Shown here piece after piece: positions 48,210-56,063 of a stretch of 64,000 nt of DNA (the stretch's first letter is position 1; each line of letters opens with the position of its first letter). Origin of the DNA: Candidatus Hydrogenedentota bacterium (GTDB lineage: Bacteria > Hydrogenedentota > Hydrogenedentia > Hydrogenedentales > SLHB01). The stretch covers positions 138,251 to 202,250 of the forward strand of contig CAVUWV010000031.1 in assembly GCA_963745075.1 (NCBI GenBank), written 5' to 3'. The notes beneath the pieces are model-generated. The model was not told where the DNA came from and made no database searches. It was given only the letters and a program-made list of their open reading frames with translations. Both the position numbers and the translations under genes were made by a program.

Positions 48210-48599
48210 CTACCACGTTTCGAGCGACAGGCCTTCCACTTCCGTGAAATGCGCATCGCGGGCCACGAGCGTCAGGTCGTTCTGAAATGCCTGGGCCGCA
48301 ATCCAAATGTCGTTCTCGGGGATCGGTCGGCCCTTTTGTCGCAGTCGCTCTTTCACTTCACCATAGCGCCGGGCAGTCTCTGTGTCGCATCCCAAGACGA
48401 CGTTACGCGCCGCGAAATCATCTATGCGTTCCGTGTTGTCTGCCACTCTCGTCGACTTTTTTGCTCCGTAATACAGTTCGCCAAGGACCACGCTGGAGAC
48501 AAACAACTCCCCCGCTCCCCGAACTCGGTCTTTCACCGCCCCTTCGCCGGCAAACAGTGCAATAACAATGTTGGTATCCAACAGGTATCTACCATTCAT
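48210..48599 (-). CDS. vapC: Type II toxin VapC (PIN domain)
   Basis: 'YLLDTNIVIAL', 'VVLGELYYG', 'NDIWIAAQA', 'LVARDAHF'; 129 aa. The start overlaps the upstream antitoxin stop. Confidence 0.9.
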   Translation of the reverse strand: MNGRYLLDTNIVIALFAGEGAVKDRVRGAGELFVSSVVLGELYYGAKKSTRVADNTERIDDFAARNVVLGCDTETARRYGEVKERLRQKGRPIPENDIWIAAQAFQNDLTLVARDAHFTEVEGLSLETW

Positions 48600-48837
48600 T
48601 CACGTCGACCTGTTCGCAGCCTTCCTCAATTGCCTGTTGCATCAAGTGTAGGTCCTGTCGTGAAATCGTACCGGCAAACTCTACTAACTGCTGTCCGGGT
48701 ACCCCCCGGCGCTGTTCGGACCGCAGCGTCTCCACATACGCCAAGACTTGCCGTTGCAGGTCTTCCGGAAGAGCGTCGAGTTGCTCAATCACTTTACTCC
48801 GAATTGCACTGTTCATTTTGCTGTTCCTGTTTCCCAA
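48589..48837 (-). CDS. VapB-type antitoxin (DUF2281-like N-terminus)
   Basis: 'VIEQLDALPEDLQRQVLAYVETL...CEQVDVNEW'. 75-82 aa (ATG 48816 or 48837). Overlaps vapC by 11 nt. Confidence 0.75.
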   Translation of the reverse strand: MGNRNSKMNSAIRSKVIEQLDALPEDLQRQVLAYVETLRSEQRRGVPGQQLVEFAGTISRQDLHLMQQAIEEGCEQVDVNEW

Positions 48838-48932
48838 TATCGCGCGTGCCCGGTCGATGAAATGCGCTCAAACCATCACTCGTAGTATATCATCGAATCC
48901 CGAAATCAGGGGCACAATACTCTATTATTCGG

Positions 48933-49178
48933 TCAAAACATCCGCCTATCCAAACTCCTATCTTGGATCGCTTCGCTGACGTGGTTGTCGGCGATGGATT
49001 CGGCGCCGTCGAGATCGGCGAGGGTGCGGGCGACGCGGAGGACTTTATCGTAGGCGCGGGCGCTGAAACCGAGCTGGTTGATGGCTTGTTCGAGGAGGGC
49101 GTTGGCGCTGTCGGCGGGGGACACAGCCCGGTGCCGGACTGCCCGTGTATCAATCGGCCACATGCACTCCACCCCCAT
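48933..49178 (-). pseudogene. Orphan 3'-terminal fragment of a comM/yifB (Mg-chelatase-like) gene
   Basis: Encodes '...[60 protein letters not shown]', nearly identical to the C-terminus of the full comM at 53210. No upstream ATPase domain. Confidence 0.85.
48965..49116. repeat. 152-bp direct repeat, copy A (pairs with 53242-53393)
   Basis: By-eye alignment shows 5 mismatches in 152 nt against copy B. Weaker similarity extends to ~48910 / ~53189. Confidence 0.9.
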
Positions 49179-49199
49179 TCTTCCCTCGTCCTGATGCGA

Positions 49200-49604
49200 T
49201 TAGGCGTTTGCTTTCTTTCTGCGAGCGGCCGTGCTTCGCTTCTTCATTGGCGAATTGCCGGCAACCTTTCCGTGGACGGTTTTCAAGACGATCTGTGGTT
49301 CTTCGCGCGCTATCTGGAGCAGGCGGAGACTTGCGTTGCTGGGTTCGCGTCGTCCCTGTTCTCAACCCTGCACGGTTTTCGGAGAAACATTGAGTGCGGC
49401 CGCAAATACTCCTTGCGACATTCTCAATTTGGCCCGGATTTCCGTCACCTCTTTGGCGCCCATTGGGGGAGGCGGCGCGGGAACCTGCACAGTTACCAGG
49501 GACATCTTCTCGCCCCTGGAAAAGGCAATACTGTCTTCCAAACCCGCCATGATCATTTCAAAAACACTCATCTCGGATGGTTTCGGTATGCTCAATGTTA
49601 CCAT
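49200..49604 (-). pseudogene. XRE-type HTH antitoxin (COG2944/HigA-MqsA C-domain-like) with an in-frame TGA at the conserved Trp
   Basis: '...IRAKLRMSQGVFAAALNVSPKTVQG*EQGRREPSNASLRLLQIAREEPQIV...'. The family motif is TVQGWEQGRR. The frame stays open and homologous after the TGA (49362-49364) until TAA at 49200. Confidence 0.7.
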
Positions 49605-49643
49605 GCACTCCCCTCGTTGCCAGCGCGTTCAATCGTGTACGCA

Positions 49644-49814
49644 TCACTCCCCTGTCGGTCTATCTTCCTGTCCGACATTGTCTCGGATCTTCTTCCGAAG
49701 CGCCGCTTGTTCTTGTAGTAGCTCTTCCGTTCCGCGTTGCCAGTAGGCCAGCACTTCTTCCCTGGACATTCCGGCGGTCTCGCGCCGCACGCGCTCCGCG
49801 CCTTCGTGCATCAT
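49644..49814 (-). CDS. Small hypothetical ORF (56 aa), below the ORF-track length cutoff
   Basis: Own translation 'MMHEGAERVRRETAGMSREEVLAYWQRGTEELLQEQAALRKKIRDNVGQEDRPTGE'. Lies between the Zn-ribbon gene and the HTH gene on the same strand. Confidence 0.3.
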   Translation of the reverse strand: MMHEGAERVRRETAGMSREEVLAYWQRGTEELLQEQAALRKKIRDNVGQEDRPTGE

Positions 49815-49833
49815 TCCACGCAATCAAACGTTT

Positions 49834-50088
49834 TCACCGCGCGTGATGCCTCCGGAACGCCGGAGACTTCGCCTGGATCTTGCGCACCGCCTCGGGCCCG
49901 TATATCCGCTCGCCGCAGTCAGGGCATTCGTAGTACTCCACGTTCGACACCGAGTATTTCTGGCCGTCGAATTCGCGCGTGAGATTTCCGCGAATCTTCT
50001 TTAACCTCTTGCTGTCACAGTTTGGGCACGCTCGAAGTTTCACTTGGCTAGGTCCCTTCTTAGGGTGATAACATACTTGACGACTCAA
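49834..50088 (-). pseudogene. YgiT/MqsA-type zinc-ribbon antitoxin-like gene whose 5' end was replaced by the IS1595 end
   Basis: 'CPNCDSKRLKKIRGNLTREFDGQKYSVSNVEYYECPDCGERIYGPEAV' is a CxxC...CxxC ribbon. Codons 1-8 ('MSRQVCYH') and the first base of codon 9 are encoded by the IS inverted repeat. The pre-insertion start 'MAILPKKGPSQ' is at 52596 on the other side of the IS. Confidence 0.7.
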
Positions 50089-50208
50089 GGCTATTTCTTT
50101 GGGGTGGGTTGAGACTTGGGCTGGCTCTTAGCGTCCGGCAAGCTGTCTTTCGGTGTATTCAAGATTTTGCGCAATGCATCGGAGAACACTGATTGGCCTG
50201 ATGATGCG

Positions 50209-50766
50209 TCACTCTTCTTTGTCTTTCTCGGCTTCGTCATGGGGTGGTAATTCCGTTTGTTTGATTTCGCTGGATAGGCTATCGAAGAATTCTTTTGGGG
50301 TCAGAATGACAATCTGATTCGCAAGCTGTTTCTTACAAGACAGTATCTTCGTCTTTTTCCGCTTGCCTTTATTGTCACCGTCTCTAGTGATGAAAGCCTG
50401 AGCTTTCGCCTCTATTGCTGTGGCTAAATGAATAGCATCTGGAGTGTCGAGTGGAAATCGCTTGCGAAGTTTACCGGCTTCCGTAGCGGTGCGAGCATTT
50501 ACCGCGTGAACCGTAACAAATTCCTGCCTAAAGAATGATTCGATTAACGCCGTGGCATCTTCGTCGCTTAATGTCGTCTTTTCTTTTTCGGACGTTTTTA
50601 CCTTGATAATCTCGGCTCGTGCCAAAACCGAAAGCACTATTTTTAAATTACCAGCCTCTGCGTCCTTAATAATAGGCTCGACGTGATTGTAGAAATCCGG
50701 ATCTTTTATAAGCGAGTCCAGAACCACGCACGAATCTAGGTAGATGAGCTTAGAATCTTTCGCCAT
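50209..50766 (-). CDS. PIN-domain nuclease (185 aa) with a Lys-rich C-terminal extension; IS passenger gene
   Basis: 'LIYLDSCVVLD' (Asp), 'LARAEII' (Glu), 'DTPDAIHLATA' (Asp), 'AFITRDGD' (Asp). Overlaps the upstream ORF by 17 nt. Confidence 0.8.
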   Translation of the reverse strand: MAKDSKLIYLDSCVVLDSLIKDPDFYNHVEPIIKDAEAGNLKIVLSVLARAEIIKVKTSEKEKTTLSDEDATALIESFFRQEFVTVHAVNARTATEAGKLRKRFPLDTPDAIHLATAIEAKAQAFITRDGDNKGKRKKTKILSCKKQLANQIVILTPKEFFDSLSSEIKQTELPPHDEAEKDKEE

Positions 50767-51541
50767 TACGAATCTTTCTTACATAATCCACCGGGTCTAT
50801 ACCTCCCGTAATATCCATAGGCGGGGCTTCCGAAATCTTGAGGTACTTGGGATCTGGAATCTTGTCGAAATCGTGAATTTCGATTGCAACCGGTACGCCT
50901 TTGTCCGTAAATCGGGCTTTCCCGTAGACTTCAATTTGTTTATGTAAGAAACCTTCGCTAAGACGGTCGATTTCAGTTTCAGGAAAGATACATTTGATCT
51001 TTTGGCCCGTTGCTTCTTCTTGGATGACAAACTCGTGATGATCATCGGAAGTTCTTATATCATATAGCTTACCATTAAAGGTCGTTATCTCGCTATGATA
51101 GGCTTGGACTCTTAACTGCTGGATGTTCGCGTTCGCGTGCATGGTAGGTGTAACTTGCCCATATTCCGATGACTTAAATGCGACCGTATTTACGTCTTTG
51201 AGAACGCCTACAATCTTTTGAACCGAATCCAGATCGGTGTCACTGAAATTTTTCGGCAACTTCTTCTTTTGCTCGATAGATCTCAGTCCGCCCATATATT
51301 CGCCAATAACCTTCCTTGGGAACGCGGGTTTGCGTTTATTTTGTCCGGTAATCGTTAGCATAAGTGGGCTTTTCATGCTTATCTTAGTTATTGCCCATTC
51401 TACTTCTATGTCTTTGTCTATTGCCTCTGCGAGGCCACGAAGAACGCCGATAGTGTTATTCAACACTGTGACAAAGGAATTGATCGGAACGATACCGCGC
51501 TCCGCATCAATCACGATTGTCAACTCCGCTTTCTTTCGCAT
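50750..51541 (-). CDS. Uncharacterised 263-aa protein, partner of the PIN gene; IS passenger gene
   Basis: Long ORF starting 30 nt after the transposase stop. No motif I can assign. C-terminal tail 'PPMDITGGIDPVDYVRKIRNGERF' ends inside the PIN start region. Confidence 0.7.
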   Translation of the reverse strand: MRKKAELTIVIDAERGIVPINSFVTVLNNTIGVLRGLAEAIDKDIEVEWAITKISMKSPLMLTITGQNKRKPAFPRKVIGEYMGGLRSIEQKKKLPKNFSDTDLDSVQKIVGVLKDVNTVAFKSSEYGQVTPTMHANANIQQLRVQAYHSEITTFNGKLYDIRTSDDHHEFVIQEEATGQKIKCIFPETEIDRLSEGFLHKQIEVYGKARFTDKGVPVAIEIHDFDKIPDPKYLKISEAPPMDITGGIDPVDYVRKIRNGERF

Positions 51542-51571
51542 CTTCTACCTCTTTGAGGTTTAGGTAAAAAG

Positions 51572-52504
51572 TTATGAAACGCATTCTCCGATGAGACGAT
51601 CATACGTCAACCGCTTACCAGCGATGGACTTCATTGCCGCATCGAATCGTTCCCGATCTGTCGCTCTACGGTTATTATACCGGAAAGCCTGCTCATCAAG
51701 GTATCGAAAAAGATGGAACGGTTCGACAGAAACATAGGTGCCTTTGAGTCCACGCTTTAGCAAGCTCCAGAAATTCTCCAGGCCGTTCGTGTGGACATTG
51801 CCTTTAGCATACGCCTCTGCATGGTCAATCACATGATGGACGAAATCCCGGGACAATCCATTGTAGCTTGCCAGTGCATCCGTGTGGACTTTCGATCCCT
51901 TTTTCACATGCCTGTGCACAATCGGTTGCACCGTCTTTCTGCGCGGATTCGGGATTAGTTCGGTGCGTACTTCGCCGTGACGTTCCAGAATACCCATAAC
52001 GATGGTTTTACCAACCATACCAGTGCCTTTAGCCTTGCGTTTCCCCTTGTGCATATTGCGGGCTTTGCCGCCGATGTAGCTTTCATCTACCTCGACTTCG
52101 CCCGAGAGCTTCCCGCCATCGTATTCATCCTGTAAAACAAGGCGCAGACGATGCATCATAAACCACGCGGACTTCTGCGTAATTCCAAGGGCGCGGCTAA
52201 TTTCGTAAGAGGAAACGCCATTCTTAGCGCTCACGATAACCCATAACGCTACAAGCCACTTATCTAATCCAAGTGGACTATCCTCAAATACGGTATTATA
52301 ACGGACGCTGAAGGACTTCCTACAATCACGGCACTGGAACTTACGGCGTGTGGGAAGATAGGTCACTTTCCCTGAATCGCAATGGACGCAATGAACACCA
52401 TCAGGCCAGCGGTGCGCTATGAGTGTGTCATGACAGGTGTCGAAGTCGGAAAAGTACTTGACCGCTTCGATAAGAGTTTCTGGATACTTGACTTGGGAAT
52501 TCAT
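51572..52504 (-). CDS. IS1595-family (ISXO2-like) DDE transposase
   Basis: N-terminal zinc ribbon 'HCVHCDSGKVTYLPTRRKFQCRDCRKSFS'. DDE_Tnp_IS1595 'VEVDESYIGGK', 'KTIVMGILERHGEV', 'VHTDALASYNGL', 'HTNGLENFWSLLKRGLKGTY', 'YLDEQAFRYNNR'. Confidence 0.93.
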   Translation of the reverse strand: MNSQVKYPETLIEAVKYFSDFDTCHDTLIAHRWPDGVHCVHCDSGKVTYLPTRRKFQCRDCRKSFSVRYNTVFEDSPLGLDKWLVALWVIVSAKNGVSSYEISRALGITQKSAWFMMHRLRLVLQDEYDGGKLSGEVEVDESYIGGKARNMHKGKRKAKGTGMVGKTIVMGILERHGEVRTELIPNPRRKTVQPIVHRHVKKGSKVHTDALASYNGLSRDFVHHVIDHAEAYAKGNVHTNGLENFWSLLKRGLKGTYVSVEPFHLFRYLDEQAFRYNNRRATDRERFDAAMKSIAGKRLTYDRLIGECVS

Positions 52505-52520
52505 TGGGTTTAATCTCCCT

Positions 52521-52910
52521 CTAATCTAAACCCATTATATCATGAAAAGTATGAGTCGTCAAGTATGTTATTGCCCTTCTTAGGCAGTATCGCCATCTCG
52601 TCTTGCCGTCCGCGCATTTGACGATGTCTTTTGCAACGTCTTGCGAATCAAGACTTGAAATATCCAATTCAAGGTCATCACAGACGGCGCGGAAGGCCTT
52701 GTCCGCCTCTTGCGGTAGCAAAACGGCGGTTACCGGGACATATTCTCCGCCACGGGTCGTTATCTCAAGGCACCCGCCGGTTTTCCCTGGCGATTGTAAT
52801 CTTCCCGTCAATTGCCGAAACCTGCAAAGTCTGGATACACATTCACGCCATGACCTCTCGTCCATATTGTTCAATTCTATCAAGAATCGTCTGGAGTGCA
52901 GCCTTGACAC
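52521..52910 (-). pseudogene. Hypothetical gene (possible toxin partner of the Zn-ribbon gene) whose 3' end was replaced by the IS end
   Basis: The last 17 codons ('AITYLTTHTFHDIMGLD') are encoded by the IS right end. Joining across the TSD restores '...WRYCLRRDLAK*', overlapping the original Zn-ribbon start. The 5' end is uncertain and overlaps the preceding gene. Confidence 0.45.
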
Positions 52911-53148
52911 AATCGTCGTCGAGTCGGTTCACGATCAGGACAGATGAAGCAACGACGAACTCTTGTTCTTTGAGTATATCGGCAAGATATGCCTTCGTAT
53001 AAACGGAGAACGCGTAGGTATTCAGGAAATTGTCCTGAGACGAGTTCTCATCACCAACCTCGACGTACATTTCCGTTGTCGCGTATAGAGGATTGCATGG
53101 TGAATCATTCGGGTATTGTAGATAATAGAACGCCGTTATCTTACGCAC
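52843..53148 (-). CDS. Small acidic hypothetical protein (101 aa), immunity-protein-like
   Basis: GTG 53148 follows AAGGGGA. 'VRKITAFYYLQYPNDSPCNPLYATTEMYVEVGDENSSQDNFLNTYAFSVYTKAYLADIL...LIVNRLDDDCVKAALQTILDRIEQYG' loosely resembles polymorphic-toxin immunity proteins (Imm8-type layout). The long track ORF (to 53538) is antisense-frame read-through of comM. Confidence 0.4.
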   Translation of the reverse strand: MRKITAFYYLQYPNDSPCNPLYATTEMYVEVGDENSSQDNFLNTYAFSVYTKAYLADILKEQEFVVASSVLIVNRLDDDCVKAALQTILDRIEQYGREVMA

Positions 53149-53209
53149 TTCAATCCCCTTTCCGAGGTGGGCATACAGAAAATAGTGGACACAATACTCA
53201 ATCGTTCCG

Positions 53210-54746
53210 TCAAAACATCTGCCTGTCCAGACTCCGGTACTGGATCGCTTCGCTGACGTGGTTGTCGGCAATGGATTCGGCGCCGTCGAGGTCGGCGAGG
53301 GTTCGGGCGACGCGGAGGACTTTGTCGTAGGCGCGGGCGCTGAAGCCGAGCTGGTTGATGGCTTGTTCGAGGAGGGCGTTGGCGCTGTCGGCGATGACGC
53401 AGTGGTCGCGGATAGCTTTCGAGTCGAGGTGGGCGTTGCAGGTGTACGCGCCGTCGTAGCGGGCCCGCTGCCGGTCGCGGGCGGCTTGCACCTCGGCGCG
53501 GACTTCCGCGCTGGTGGGTCCGCTGGGCCGCCGGTCAATCAATTCCTCGAAACTCAGCGGGGGCACGTCGATGTGGATGTCGATGCGGTCGAGCAAGGGC
53601 CCGGAGAGACGCGCCATGTAGCGTTGCACCTCGCCGACGCTGCACCGGCATTGGCGTTTTGGATCGGTGCGGCAGCCGCAGGGGCAGGGGTTCATCGCGA
53701 CGACGAGCATGAACCGGCTCGGGAAGGTGACGGAATACATGGCCCGGCGAATGTGGACCAGCCCTTCTTCGAGGGGTTGGCGGAGGACTTCCAGGGCGCT
53801 ACGGTTGAACTCGGGCAACTCGTCGAGGAACAGGACGCCGTGGTGGGCGAGACTGACTTCTCCGGGCGTGGGTTGTTGCCCTCCCCCGCCGCCGCTGATG
53901 GAGACGGTGGTCGCGGTGTGGTGCGGCGAACGGAAGGGCCGCCGCACGATGAGGTCGCCTTTCTCCTGGACGCCGTTTGCGACGCTGTAGATGCGGGTCG
54001 TTTCGAGGGCCTCTTCGAAGCTCATGGTGGGCAGAATTCCCGGGAGCCGCGAGGCGAGCATGGTCTTGCCGGTTCCCGGCGGGCCGATCATGAGGAGGTT
54101 GTGCCCGCCCGCCGCGGCCACGGTCAGTGCGCGTTTGACGTGGGCCTGTCCCTTGACCTCCGTAAGGTCCGGGATGTCGTGGTGGGCCTTATCGATGACC
54201 GCCTGCATATCCGTACGGAAGGGCAGAATCTCTTGCGCGTCTGCCATGAAGCCGACGGCGTCGGTCAGGGTCGCGGCGGGGATGACTTCGATGCCGGGCA
54301 CGACGCCGGCTTCCTCCGCATTCGCTTCGGGCAGGACAATCCCGCGCAGGCCCTGTTCGCGCGTGGCGATAGCCATAGACAGGGCGCCGGAAACCGGCCG
54401 TAGGGACCCGTCGAGGGCCAACTCGCCCGCGAGAACGTAGTCATTAAACCGCGGTCCGGCGATCTGTTCGGAGGCCGGCGAGCATCCCCAAGGCAATGGG
54501 CAAGTCGAGGGCGCTGCCTTCCTTGCGAATATCGGCGGGCGCGAGATTGATGACCGTGATTCCGCGCGGATACCGGAACCCGGAGTTCTTGAGGGCCGAG
54601 CCGACGCGTTCCTTGCCTTCCTTGACGGCCGCATCGGGCAAGCCGACGAGGTAGTACTGGTTGCTGCCGGGGTGGTTGTCGACCTCGATGGCAAGGGGAT
54701 ATCCGTCGATTCCGATAACGGCGCATGATTGGACCCGGGCAAGCAT
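53210..54746 (-). pseudogene. comM: Mg-chelatase-like ATPase ComM/YifB, interrupted by one extra nucleotide (~54476)
   Basis: N-terminus '[22 protein letters not shown]...[12 protein letters not shown]' (ATG 54746) is in one frame. '[23 protein letters not shown]...[13 protein letters not shown]...LFLDELPEF...AMNPCPCG...' is in the +1 frame and runs to stop 53210. Confidence 0.88.
53242..53393. repeat. 152-bp direct repeat, copy B (inside the functional comM 3' end)
   Basis: See copy A (48965-49116). Confidence 0.9.
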
Positions 54747-54837
54747 GGTTCGTGCGTTTCCTTGATACAGTCAACCCCTACACTCGACAGCATCTTAGTG
54801 TCTGGAGGCGGCGCGTTCAAGAAGACGACTGGGCAGA

Positions 54838-55021
54838 GGAAGAAACATCCCCCTCGACCCTTCGGGTCTGCCCCCTTCAAAGGGGGATTCCCTGGCCCGC
54901 GCTTCGCGGGGCGATTGCGATGAATAAAGGTCTTCAAGTTTGCTGTTTGTCGTTGCGTTCACCCGAAACCCGGGTCTACGAAACTCCCCCTTCGAAGGGG
55001 GATCAAGGGGGATGTTCTTCC
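54838..55021. repeat. REP/MITE-like element: 16-17-nt terminal inverted repeats enclosing GC-rich palindromes
   Basis: GGAAGAAACATCCCCCT (54838-54854) versus the reverse complement of 55006-55021 (GGAAGAACATCCCCCT). Internal palindromes are CCCCCTTCAAAGGGGG (54871-54886), the perfect CCCCCTTCGAAGGGGG (54986-55001), and GACCCTTCGGGTC (54856-54868). Confidence 0.6.
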
Positions 55022-55045
55022 GTGTCTCGCGACTATGGTCGTGCT

Positions 55046-55843
55046 TCAGCCCCGGCGGCGCTGGTGGGTGGCGCAATAGTAGGTGGTGCGACCGCCGGCG
55101 GTCGTGGTCTTGAGCGGCCGGCGGCACTTGGGACACAGGCCGGTGTAGTTCCGGTGCCGGAGGAGGAAGCGATCGGACAGTTTCTCGTAGCGGGTTTCGA
55201 CGGCGAGGGACGCATTGAATACGTCCATCATGGCGTTATAAAGCGCATCGACGGTCTGGGGCTTCAGGTTGGAGGCCCGGGTCTCGGGATGCAGGCCGCA
55301 TTGAAACAGCATCTCATCGGCGTACAGATTGCCGATCCCGGCGATGACCTGCTGGTTAAGCAACATGCCTTTCAGGTTTCCCGTGCGCCCCTTCAACAGG
55401 TCTTGGAATGCGTACCGGTCAAAGCCGTCCTGGGTCGGATCGGGTCCCCACTTGCGAGCGCGTAGAAATGCGTCGACATCGCGGGTAAGGCCTGCCTCGC
55501 CGAACTTGCGGGGGTCGGTGAATACCAGCGAGCCGCCGTCGGCAAACCGGAGTTTGAGCCGGACATAGCGAGGCAACGCGTCCTCCTTTGATAGGATTCG
55601 CACGGTGCCGGTCATGCCGAAGTGGAGGACCAGCCAAGTTCCGGATTCGGATTGGAGGAAGAGCCATTTCCCGTGACGGTGGGTCGCTACCAGCGCATGG
55701 TCCACCAAGGCCCTGCGCAATGCCGGCACTTTCATGTCGGTCAGGACGGTAACGTCCGCAACATTGACCTCGGCGATGGTGCGATGCAGGGCGTTGGCGG
55801 CGATATACCGGCGGCGGGTCTCCACTTCCGGCAGTTCGGGCAC
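55046..55843 (-). CDS. mutM: Formamidopyrimidine-DNA glycosylase
   Basis: '(V)PELPEVETRRRYI', H2TH region, C-terminal zinc finger 'CPKCRRPLKTTTAGGRTTYYCATHQ'. Start set at GTG 55843 so that the catalytic Pro is residue 2. Confidence 0.92.
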   Translation of the reverse strand: MPELPEVETRRRYIAANALHRTIAEVNVADVTVLTDMKVPALRRALVDHALVATHRHGKWLFLQSESGTWLVLHFGMTGTVRILSKEDALPRYVRLKLRFADGGSLVFTDPRKFGEAGLTRDVDAFLRARKWGPDPTQDGFDRYAFQDLLKGRTGNLKGMLLNQQVIAGIGNLYADEMLFQCGLHPETRASNLKPQTVDALYNAMMDVFNASLAVETRYEKLSDRFLLRHRNYTGLCPKCRRPLKTTTAGGRTTYYCATHQRRRG

Positions 55844-56063
55844 CGTGTATTGGCTCCTTCCTTCGACGTTATCCGTCACTTCGTGGGCGCCATGCTACCA
55901 CCACCGGAACCCCGGCGCGAATCCTGGCCGGGAGCGCGGGGCCGTCCTCTTCGCGGAGGCGGGGAGGGCCCGTCAACGTATCGGAAGAGTGCAGCCGTCA
56001 CCTCTCATGAAGTCGTCGCGGGAGGTTGCCGAAAAGAATGAAGAAAACCAATCGAATGCGTAG

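Larger units (their letters stand above)
50064..52575 (-). mobile_element. IS1595-family insertion sequence (2512 bp) with two passenger genes
   Basis: Terminal IRs GGTGATAACATACTTGACGACTCA (50064-50087) versus the reverse complement of 52552-52575 (22/24 identical). Perfect 8-bp target-site duplication CTTCTTAG (50056-50063 and 52576-52583). Visibly AT-richer than the flanks. Confidence 0.9.

Noticed and set aside
49362-49364. Genome-wide reassignment of TGA to Trp
   Set aside because: TGA clearly terminates conserved genes here, for example the oxidoreductase at 10870-10872 and the glycosyltransferase at 24637-24639, both in GTGA overlaps.
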